Of a stretch of 29,166 bases of DNA, positions 1-6,910 are shown piece by piece. A program made the position numbers and the translations under genes. Source of the stretch: a virus (taxonomy: Duplodnaviria; Caudoviricetes). Each line of letters begins with the position of its first letter. Position 1 is the stretch's first letter. Below the pieces are notes generated by a model that saw nothing but the letters and a program-made list of their open reading frames with translations, ran no database searches and had not been told where the DNA came from. Where the stretch lies: the IMG/VR virus record IMGVR_UViG_3300021963_004506, positions 1 to 29,166 of that record; one strand, written 5' to 3'.

Positions 1-153
1 TACGCTCCTTACGTTCCATTGATGATGACTCCATTAGTGTACGATCCAGAAACATTTACTCCACGTAAAGGTTTGATGACTCGTTACGCTAAGAAAATGA
101 TCCGTCCAGAATTCTATGGTAAGATCTTCATCACAGATTTAGAGCAAATCTAA
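1..153 (+). CDS. gp23: Major capsid protein, T4 gp23-like (C-terminal fragment, runs off the window start)
   Basis: Frame 1 reads YAPYVPLMMTPLVYDPETFTPRKGLMTRYAKKMIRPEFYGKIFITDLEQI* (TAA 151-153). YAPYVPL...DP..F.P..G.MTRY is the characteristic gp23 C-terminus, and a strong terminator follows. Confidence 0.9.
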   Translation, partial: YAPYVPLMMTPLVYDPETFTPRKGLMTRYAKKMIRPEFYGKIFITDLEQI

Positions 154-171
154 TCTAGGATAGTATAATAG

Positions 172-201
172 AAAGAGAGGCCTTCGGGCCTCTTTTTTTT
201 T
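172..201 (+). terminator. Rho-independent terminator after the capsid gene
   Basis: Stem AGAGGCC (176-182), TTCG loop (C-UUCG-G tetraloop), GGCCTCT (187-193), then a T-run to 201. Confidence 0.92.
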
Positions 202-223
202 GTCTATATAGATCTTTATTGTC

Positions 224-231
224 TATTTATA
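224..231 (+). promoter_or_regulatory. Putative late promoter motif TATTTAT(A) upstream of phoH
   Basis: The same motif recurs in most intergenic gaps ahead of structural genes. Confidence 0.55.
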
Positions 232-266
232 AACGTATAAAGAGTTGTTTCATTAAATAAAGATCT

Positions 267-953
267 ATGACATCGAAACCGTACACTGATGAAGTATATG
301 TTGAAAAACGTAAACCAAAAAATCCAATTAAATTTAATATTCAGCTCAACGACGAGCAAAAGATCGCAAAGTCTATAATTATAGAAAATCCAATAACAGT
401 TATAAAAGGTATGGCAGGTTCTGGAAAGACATTAGTAGCAGCTCAAGCAGCTCTAGATATGTTATTCAATAAAGAAGTAGAACGTATTGTTATTACTAGA
501 CCAACTGTTTCTAAGGAGGATATAGGCTTCTTACCAGGAGATATTAAAGAGAAGATGGATCCTTGGTTAGCACCCATCTATCACAATCTATACATGCTTT
601 ATGACAAGGCTAAGGTAGATAGAGACTTAGAAAACGGTAAGATAGAAATCGTACCATTTGCATTCATGAGAGGAAGGACATTTGTAGATTCTTTTGTGAT
701 TGTAGACGAAGCCCAAAACGTTACACATTCCCAAATGGAAGCTGTAATAGGTCGATTAGGAAAAGGTAGTAAGATGGTAATATGTGGAGACTTAGCTCAG
801 ATTGATTTGCAATCTAAAAAAGAGACAGGATTTTCTTTCTTAGTAAGAGTAGAAGAACAAGTAAAAGGATTTAGAGTTGTTAATCTAGAAAAGAACCACA
901 GACACGAAATAGTAGCCCCGGTACTAAAGGTTTATGAAACTTATAGGGACTAA
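267..953 (+). CDS. phoH: PhoH-family ATPase
   Basis: Walker A GMAGSGKT, ITRP, GFLPG, FMRGRTF, Walker B IVDEAQN, GD..Q.D and RH motifs. Confidence 0.95.
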   Translation: MTSKPYTDEVYVEKRKPKNPIKFNIQLNDEQKIAKSIIIENPITVIKGMAGSGKTLVAAQAALDMLFNKEVERIVITRPTVSKEDIGFLPGDIKEKMDPWLAPIYHNLYMLYDKAKVDRDLENGKIEIVPFAFMRGRTFVDSFVIVDEAQNVTHSQMEAVIGRLGKGSKMVICGDLAQIDLQSKKETGFSFLVRVEEQVKGFRVVNLEKNHRHEIVAPVLKVYETYRD

Positions 954-963
954 AGATAGTAAC

Positions 964-970
964 TATTTAT
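964..970 (+). promoter_or_regulatory. Putative late promoter motif TATTTAT upstream of the neck gene
   Basis: TATTTATTAATAA sits in the 34-nt gap; the identical 13-mer occurs at 4578. Confidence 0.55.
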
Positions 971-987
971 TAATAAAATAAAGAAGT

Positions 988-2178
988 ATGGCCAATATAC
1001 AGATATGGAACGGATCATCTCAGTTTGCAGCAGGGCAGACACCGTTTGGATTTTATGATGCAGATGCTGAGTTTATCGCGGAAGCAGATAAGGTAGCAAA
1101 ATATTGCGCTATAAAATTAGGCTGGCCTTTGATGGATGTTGAACTAACATCTGGATCTTTTTATGCTGCATTTGAAGAAGCTGTTACTCAATACGGTAAC
1201 GAATTATATCAACAACAAATACAACAAAACTTCCTTTCAGTACAAGGAGGTAATTCCTCTGTAAACTTAAACGCTACTTTAGTTCGACCATCTCTAAATA
1301 GAATGATCGAAATTAGTAAGAATTATGGAACAGAAGCAGGAGTAGGAGGAACAGTTAGAAAATATTCAGGTTCTTTAGATACTGTAGCAGACCAACAGAC
1401 TTATGATTTAAACTTATGGGCATCCCAGCAAGGTATAACAGGAGGTATCGAGATTAGAAAAGTGTTTTATGAAGCACCACCAGCAATCTTACGATACTTT
1501 GATCCTTACGCTGGTACTGGAACAGGCATTCAATCTCTGATGGATGCTTTTGACTTTGGTTCTTATAGCCCGGGTGTAAACTTCTTATTAATGCCGACTT
1601 CATTTGATATGTTAAAAGTTCAAGCAATTGAGTTTAACGATCAAGTGAGACGTTCGCAGTATTCTTTTGAATTAGTAGGTAATCAGTTAAAACTATTTCC
1701 GATACCTAAAAATGGAGGTAAATTATTTTTTGAATTCTATAAAAACTCAGATAAAAGGTATATTGACGATGGTGTAATGCTAGGAGGAGGATCTGCAGGA
1801 TCTAATTACGGAGGTACTACAAATACTAATAATGTAATTACTAACATATCTAACGTACCGTATGCAAACCCGGTGTATTCTGATTTTAATGCACCTTCTA
1901 AAGCATGGGTATATAATTATGCAGCAGCTGTATCTAAAGAGATGTTAGCATACATAAGAGGAAAGTATACATCAATACCGGTTCCTGGTTCTGAAGCTAC
2001 TTTAAATCAGGCAGATTTATTAGCAGATGCTAGAACAGAAAAAACAGGCTTGATAGAAAGTCTTAGAGCTAATTTAGCTTCTACTAATATGACATCTTTA
2101 TTAGAAGCAAAAGCTAGTGAGGCTAAATTTTTAAATGACACTTTACAAGGTGTTCCAATGTTAATTTACGTAGGATGA
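988..2178 (+). CDS. Neck / head-tail adaptor protein (T4 gp13-like)
   Basis: KLGWPLMDVEL resembles the gp13-type LG.P.i.vE N-terminal motif. The C-terminus has IRGKYTSIP.PG...LN...L and P..IYVG. It lies between the capsid and tail genes. Confidence 0.75.
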   Translation: MANIQIWNGSSQFAAGQTPFGFYDADAEFIAEADKVAKYCAIKLGWPLMDVELTSGSFYAAFEEAVTQYGNELYQQQIQQNFLSVQGGNSSVNLNATLVRPSLNRMIEISKNYGTEAGVGGTVRKYSGSLDTVADQQTYDLNLWASQQGITGGIEIRKVFYEAPPAILRYFDPYAGTGTGIQSLMDAFDFGSYSPGVNFLLMPTSFDMLKVQAIEFNDQVRRSQYSFELVGNQLKLFPIPKNGGKLFFEFYKNSDKRYIDDGVMLGGGSAGSNYGGTTNTNNVITNISNVPYANPVYSDFNAPSKAWVYNYAAAVSKEMLAYIRGKYTSIPVPGSEATLNQADLLADARTEKTGLIESLRANLASTNMTSLLEAKASEAKFLNDTLQGVPMLIYVG

Positions 2179-2480
2179 TAAAACTACTTAACATATTAAC
2201 CGAAGAAGAGTATAATACATACCAAGGATTAGTTAGAATTACTATTTCTCCGGATGTAACTATACAAGAAACCGGTGAATTAATGAGGGCTTTACCAGGA
2301 GTTATAACAGTAACCCAGGTATCTCATAATGATGCCAATAATACAGCAGTAATGAAGATGAAAATCATTACAAAACAACAAGCTGAACCTGCTTTCGCTA
2401 AATTGAAGCAAGTTTCGTTATCAAAAATACCTCAAATAGCGAAGTTTGAGTTTGCACCTAAAACAATTGAGGTAAAATGA
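2175..2480 (+). CDS. Hypothetical protein (101 aa), possible head-internal or accessory protein
   Basis: ATGA overlaps on both sides; N-terminus MIKLLNILTE. Confidence 0.7.
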   Translation: MIKLLNILTEEEYNTYQGLVRITISPDVTIQETGELMRALPGVITVTQVSHNDANNTAVMKMKIITKQQAEPAFAKLKQVSLSKIPQIAKFEFAPKTIEVK

Positions 2481-2965
2481 TATTTGGAAGTACAAGAGAC
2501 TTTGGATTACTAACTAATATAGGTAGGGAACTACTCAAAGATATAGTTGAGCAAGAGATCTTATACTATAAATTTAGTATAGAAGATACTGAAGCTAATT
2601 TATACGGTGAAGCTCTTAGTAAATCCTTTTGGAATGCAATAAAACTTAACTGTTTTATTACTAGAGGTGAACAAATAATAACTGATGATGATTTTGGACC
2701 AGATTTAACAAGAGAAGCTTCGTTTGCATTTATAAGACAAGACTTAGTAGATACAAGTATAGTACCAGAGGTAGGAGATATCATACTTTGGCATGAAAAC
2801 TATTATGAAGTAGATACAGTTGTAGAGAATCAACTATTTTTAGGTAGAGATAGTAACTATAATTTTACACAATACGGCTCTCAATTCGGAAGCTCAGTTT
2901 CTATTATAGTTAAATGTCACTTAACAAGAGCAGAAAAAGTAGGAATAACACAAGTAACTATATAA
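2477..2965 (+). CDS. Head closure / neck protein (T4 gp14-like)
   Basis: NLYGE, FG, PEVGDII.W...YYEV..V motifs typical of gp14-like stoppers; synteny after the neck gene. Confidence 0.7.
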   Translation: MIFGSTRDFGLLTNIGRELLKDIVEQEILYYKFSIEDTEANLYGEALSKSFWNAIKLNCFITRGEQIITDDDFGPDLTREASFAFIRQDLVDTSIVPEVGDIILWHENYYEVDTVVENQLFLGRDSNYNFTQYGSQFGSSVSIIVKCHLTRAEKVGITQVTI

Positions 2966-2968
2966 TAG

Positions 2969-4204
2969 ATGGCTTATAATAAACCAGTACCTAAAACACA
3001 GTTAGAGATTGCACAAAGCTTTGTGGATCCGTTACTGAATACAGGTAAATCTCCATCTGTAGACAATAAAAGAAGGGAATTACAGAAGACTGTAAAGAAT
3101 GATAACGTAAAACAGTTCTCTTTAGGTTTAAAAGATATAGATGAGACTATATTCTACTACTTTACTAATGTAATTAAACCAACAGTAATACAGAATGGAA
3201 TAAAAAAAGAAGTACCTCTACTATACGGCTCACCAGAACGATGGTCTGCTGTACAGAAAGATGGATTTTATAGGGATAAAGGTGGTAGAATACAGGCACC
3301 TCTCATAATGTTTAAGAGAGACTCAGTAGAAAAGAATAGAAGCTATGGAAATAAGCTAGATGCTAACAACCCACTAAACTATGGTATCTTTCAGAAGAAG
3401 TTCTCTAAGAAAAATATATACGACCGCTTTAGTTTATTAAATAATAGAGACGAAGTCAAGGAATTCTATGCAGTAGTTATGCCAGACTTTGTAGATATAA
3501 CATATTCCTGTATAATCTTTACAGATTACGTAGAACAAATGAATAAACTAGTAGAGTCTATCAACTTTGCATCAGATTCATACTGGGGAGACCCAGAAAA
3601 GTTTAGTTTTAGAGCAATGATTGATAGTTATGCACAGACTACTGAGCTAGCAACAGGATCTGACCGTACAGTAAAGACTACTTTTACAATTAAACTACTA
3701 GGTCATATAGTTCCTGACTCAATAAACGCTACTGTAAGGGGTATGAACAAATTCTACTCTAAATCAGCAGTCAATTTCGGTTTTGAAATGGTTTCTAATA
3801 TCGAAACACAAACAACTACACAAGCCGTGAAAGGAAAAGCAAGATTTTACGATAAAGCTAGTGAGACTTTAAATTTAACAACAATAGAAGAGTCTATGAC
3901 ATCAGAACAAAAGACATATGTAACTTTACAGAAGGTAATAACAAGTAATTCTGTAAATACAGTAGTAAATACAGGGGCTAGAACACTTACATTTACAGGA
4001 CAACAGTTAGTAGAGACACCTGCTGGATTCCCAGCATTAACTAAAGCTAATTTTCAGGTATTTATTAACGGTATGATTGTAGAAACAGATGCAATTGATT
4101 CTATACAAGAAGTAGGTGGTAATCTAGTAGTAACTTTCAACAGTACATTAGGCTTTGCTATCGCTTCTACCGATGAATATACTTTAATTGGAAAATTAGC
4201 ATAA
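2969..4204 (+). CDS. Tail terminator / sheath stabilizer (T4 gp15-like) with C-terminal extension
   Basis: VPLLYGSPERW, P.I...R, P..V.I.Y....T...EQMN.LVE and R.VKTTF.I.L.G motifs. About 140 extra beta-rich residues at the C-terminus. Confidence 0.72.
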   Translation: MAYNKPVPKTQLEIAQSFVDPLLNTGKSPSVDNKRRELQKTVKNDNVKQFSLGLKDIDETIFYYFTNVIKPTVIQNGIKKEVPLLYGSPERWSAVQKDGFYRDKGGRIQAPLIMFKRDSVEKNRSYGNKLDANNPLNYGIFQKKFSKKNIYDRFSLLNNRDEVKEFYAVVMPDFVDITYSCIIFTDYVEQMNKLVESINFASDSYWGDPEKFSFRAMIDSYAQTTELATGSDRTVKTTFTIKLLGHIVPDSINATVRGMNKFYSKSAVNFGFEMVSNIETQTTTQAVKGKARFYDKASETLNLTTIEESMTSEQKTYVTLQKVITSNSVNTVVNTGARTLTFTGQQLVETPAGFPALTKANFQVFINGMIVETDAIDSIQEVGGNLVVTFNSTLGFAIASTDEYTLIGKLA

Positions 4205-4205
4205 G

Positions 4206-4568
4206 ATGGCATTAATACAGTGGAAACAGATTAGTCCTCACATTAGTGGCTCTGGAGATTTAACAGGTTCATTAAATTTATTAGGTAGTTTTACCTTAAA
4301 CGGACAGTCTATCTCTACTCTTGATGCTTCTGTCTTTAATAAAACAGGGTCTTATGCATCAGCTACTACAGATGTACACGTAACAGGGTCGTTTAGGTTA
4401 AAACTAGACGGAGTATCTAAGTACTTTGCAGTAAATGTAGGCGGTAAAGATAAATTTAAAGTAAACGAGCAAGGAGTTGTAGTATTACACCCTTTTACAG
4501 TACCTCCTACACCGATAACAGGTAGTATATATTATGGAATAGATAACAGTTTCTATTTTGGATTGTAA
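4206..4568 (+). CDS. Small virion structural protein rich in [S/T]GS motifs
   Basis: 120-aa ORF with ISGS, LTGS, KTGS, VTGS and ITGS; N-terminal QWKQI resembles the WKKL motif of the following genes. Confidence 0.7.
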   Translation: MALIQWKQISPHISGSGDLTGSLNLLGSFTLNGQSISTLDASVFNKTGSYASATTDVHVTGSFRLKLDGVSKYFAVNVGGKDKFKVNEQGVVVLHPFTVPPTPITGSIYYGIDNSFYFGL

Positions 4569-4577
4569 AAAACGGAA

Positions 4578-4584
4578 TATTTAT
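4578..4584 (+). promoter_or_regulatory. Putative late promoter motif TATTTAT
   Basis: TATTTATTAATAA in the gap before 4615. Confidence 0.55.
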
Positions 4585-4614
4585 TAATAACGCAAATTAA
4601 CATAAAACAATAAC

Positions 4615-5688
4615 ATGGCACAGTGGAAAAAACTCGTCGTTTCTGGTAGTAATATCAGTCAATTAACTAACGACTCAAATTATGCAAGAAACGGAGTGGA
4701 TAACCAGTCCCTTCTCGGTTCATTTAGCGGTTCATTTACCGGTAATGGTGCAGCATTAACAGATGTAACTGCTGCTTCAGTAGCTTTTGGTAACATCACA
4801 AGCAAACCTACATTAGTATCTGGATCTTCTCAGATTACGATTTCTCAAACAACTGGATTTACTGCTTATACAGCTTCTGTAGATAGCGCTGTCGCAGGCT
4901 TAGACTCTCAAATTACTACAATTGAGGGAGTTAGTATATCTGGCGGGGATGGTATTACTTCTAGCGGTACAATTGGTGGTGGAAACCTTGCTATATCTGC
5001 AGATGTAGATAATACATCTATTGAAATAGACGGTTCTGCTAAGATTAGCTTAAAAACAACAGGTGTATCTGCAGGATCTTACGGTAGTGCTACAGCAATT
5101 CCGACATTTACAGTAGATGCTGACGGTCGTTTAACTGCCGCTAGTACTGCAAACATAAGTACTACATTAAACATTTCTGGTTCAACAGGTGGTGGTTCAG
5201 TAGCTTTAGGTAACCAAACATTAACTATTGAAGGTACAGCTAACGAAGTAACAGCAACAGCTTCTGGACAGACAATCACTATCGGATTACCGGATAATGT
5301 TAACATAGCAGGTAATTTATCAGTACAGGGTAATTTAGATGTACAAGGTACTGTAACAAACATCAATACAACTAACTTAGATGTAGAAGATGCTTTCATA
5401 TTACTTAACTCTGGTTCAGCTGCAACAGCAGATTCAGGTTTCGTTTTCGGTGGTTCTAACGGTACTGCTCAGGCAGGTGCTGGTTTAATTTGGGATGCTA
5501 GTTACAACAGCAACGACGGACGTCTTGCAATTGTTGGTAACTTGGCTTCTAATGCAACAGGAGCACAAACTCCATCTTACTATGTAGGAGGTGTATTTGC
5601 AGGTAATTCAGCAGATGCTGCTACAGCAGAAGCAGATCACGTTGGTAACATTAGAGTAGAAGGAGACGATATATTCATTTACGTATAA
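4615..5688 (+). CDS. Fiber-like virion protein (357 aa)
   Basis: Ser/Thr/Gly-rich. Contains the fiber-type motifs [43 protein letters not shown] and L.VED..ILLN. Confidence 0.75.
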   Translation: MAQWKKLVVSGSNISQLTNDSNYARNGVDNQSLLGSFSGSFTGNGAALTDVTAASVAFGNITSKPTLVSGSSQITISQTTGFTAYTASVDSAVAGLDSQITTIEGVSISGGDGITSSGTIGGGNLAISADVDNTSIEIDGSAKISLKTTGVSAGSYGSATAIPTFTVDADGRLTAASTANISTTLNISGSTGGGSVALGNQTLTIEGTANEVTATASGQTITIGLPDNVNIAGNLSVQGNLDVQGTVTNINTTNLDVEDAFILLNSGSAATADSGFVFGGSNGTAQAGAGLIWDASYNSNDGRLAIVGNLASNATGAQTPSYYVGGVFAGNSADAATAEADHVGNIRVEGDDIFIYV

Positions 5689-5702
5689 AATAAAATAAAG
5701 TT

Positions 5703-5888
5703 ATGGGATTATTAGATAAACTAAGCTCAAAACCAGTTAAAAGCGAAGCTCAGTTAGTGTTTTCAAAAAAAGAAATCGAGTTTTTACTCGCTAAACTTAG
5801 GACCGCAACTTATAAAGGTGATGAATTCGAAGCCTTTTATAATGTCTGGGTAAAACTAACAAACGAATTAGAAAAAAACAATCAATAG
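5703..5888 (+). CDS. Hypothetical protein (61 aa), possible fiber assembly factor
   Basis: Helical, charged small ORF with an A-rich start context, followed by a hairpin. Confidence 0.6.
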   Translation: MGLLDKLSSKPVKSEAQLVFSKKEIEFLLAKLRTATYKGDEFEAFYNVWVKLTNELEKNNQ

Positions 5889-5892
5889 TAAG

Positions 5893-5912
5893 AGGACCTT
5901 AATAGGTCCTTT
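5893..5912 (+). terminator. Hairpin, probable weak terminator or processing site
   Basis: AGGACCT (5893-5899), TAAT loop, AGGTCCT (5904-5910), then only a short T tail. Confidence 0.55.
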
Positions 5913-5915
5913 CGC

Positions 5916-5923
5916 TATTTATA
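5916..5923 (+). promoter_or_regulatory. Putative late promoter motif TATTTATA
   Basis: Recurrent motif lying directly before the structured leader. Confidence 0.55.
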
Positions 5924-5928
5924 TGTAC

Positions 5929-5982
5929 ATTATAGGCCCGAAAGGGAAGTGGGCACCGCACATTGGTGTAACCAACCGTAAT
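5929..5982 (+). ncRNA. Candidate structured cis-regulatory RNA (three-way junction) in a 5' UTR
   Basis: GC-rich island in an AT-rich intergenic region. P1 ATTAT(A)GG/CCGTAAT, P2 CCC-GAAA-GGG, P3 TGG-GCACC...GGTGT-(AA)-CCA. It ends 10 nt before ATG 5993. Confidence 0.55.
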
Positions 5983-5992
5983 AGTAACAAAA

Positions 5993-6865
5993 ATGCCAAA
6001 CTGGAAAAAACTCATCGTAAGTGGGTCAAGTGCACACTTATATAATCTTAATGTAGCTAGCGCTGTAACTGCTTCTTACTTCAAAGGAGACGGTTCCGGG
6101 TTAACTAACCTTAACGCTACAGTATCTGAACAAGCTACAGTATCAGATTCATTCTCTAATACCTTAACTAAGGTAGTTAATCATAATTTTTCATCTAAGA
6201 ACCTTGTTATAAGTGTTTATGATGGAAATGATAATCAAATTATTCCAGCTACTGTTAATTTAACAGATAATAACAACGTTACTATTACATTTAATCAACT
6301 AACAACAGGAACAGTTGTAGTTGCTAAGGGAGGTCATATTGTTGGAGGTAATGCTAAAATAGATCAAGTAACAACTATTACAGATACCTTCACTAATGCT
6401 ACTACTAAGGTAGTTACCCATAATTTTAACACTAGAAATATATTAGTTTCAGTTTACGATAATGAGTATAACCAAATTATACCACAGTCTGTAAATGTAG
6501 CTAACTTAAACACAGTAACCGTTACTTTTAATCCTGCAACAACAGGATTTGTAGTAGTTGGTAAAGCTGGACATATTGTTTCCAGTTCCGCTGTCGATTC
6601 TACAAAGTTAGGCGGCCAATTACCATCGTATTACCTTAATTATACTAACTTTACAAATATACCATCTACCTCTTACAGACAAACTATAGAAGGTAGTGGA
6701 CCTTTCACTATAACTCATAATTTATCTGAAGATTTTCCAGTAGTACAGGTATATACTGCTCAGAGAGAGCAAGTATTACCAGCTAAGATTTTATCTGCTT
6801 CAAGTAATGCAGTAGTATTAGAGTTTAGTAGTTTTATTTCAGGGAGTGTAGTAGTAAATAAGTAG
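5993..6865 (+). CDS. Virion protein with WKKL N-terminal motif and three tandem ~65-70-aa beta domains
   Basis: MPNWKKLIVSGS, followed by three repeats of V.HN[FL]....[LIV]V.VY....Q[IV][IL]P........V.[IVL].F....G.VVV. Confidence 0.78.
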   Translation: MPNWKKLIVSGSSAHLYNLNVASAVTASYFKGDGSGLTNLNATVSEQATVSDSFSNTLTKVVNHNFSSKNLVISVYDGNDNQIIPATVNLTDNNNVTITFNQLTTGTVVVAKGGHIVGGNAKIDQVTTITDTFTNATTKVVTHNFNTRNILVSVYDNEYNQIIPQSVNVANLNTVTVTFNPATTGFVVVGKAGHIVSSSAVDSTKLGGQLPSYYLNYTNFTNIPSTSYRQTIEGSGPFTITHNLSEDFPVVQVYTAQREQVLPAKILSASSNAVVLEFSSFISGSVVVNK

Positions 6866-6866
6866 A

Positions 6867-6878
6867 TATTTATAAATA
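6867..6878. promoter_or_regulatory. Palindromic TATTTATAAATA putative late promoter
   Basis: Contains TATTTAT (6867-6873) and the T4-type late -10 box TATAAATA (6871-6878). Confidence 0.55.
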
Positions 6879-6910
6879 ACGTAGCAAAAAGACTATAAAA
6901 GAAGAAAAAC

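Noticed and set aside
203-212. Palindrome TCTATATAGA
   Set aside because: Short AT-rich palindrome expected by chance and not repeated at other promoters.
5929-5982. tRNA or hammerhead ribozyme
   Set aside because: Too short for a tRNA, with no cloverleaf or TTC loop, and lacks the CUGANGA hammerhead core. Kept only as an unclassified structured RNA.
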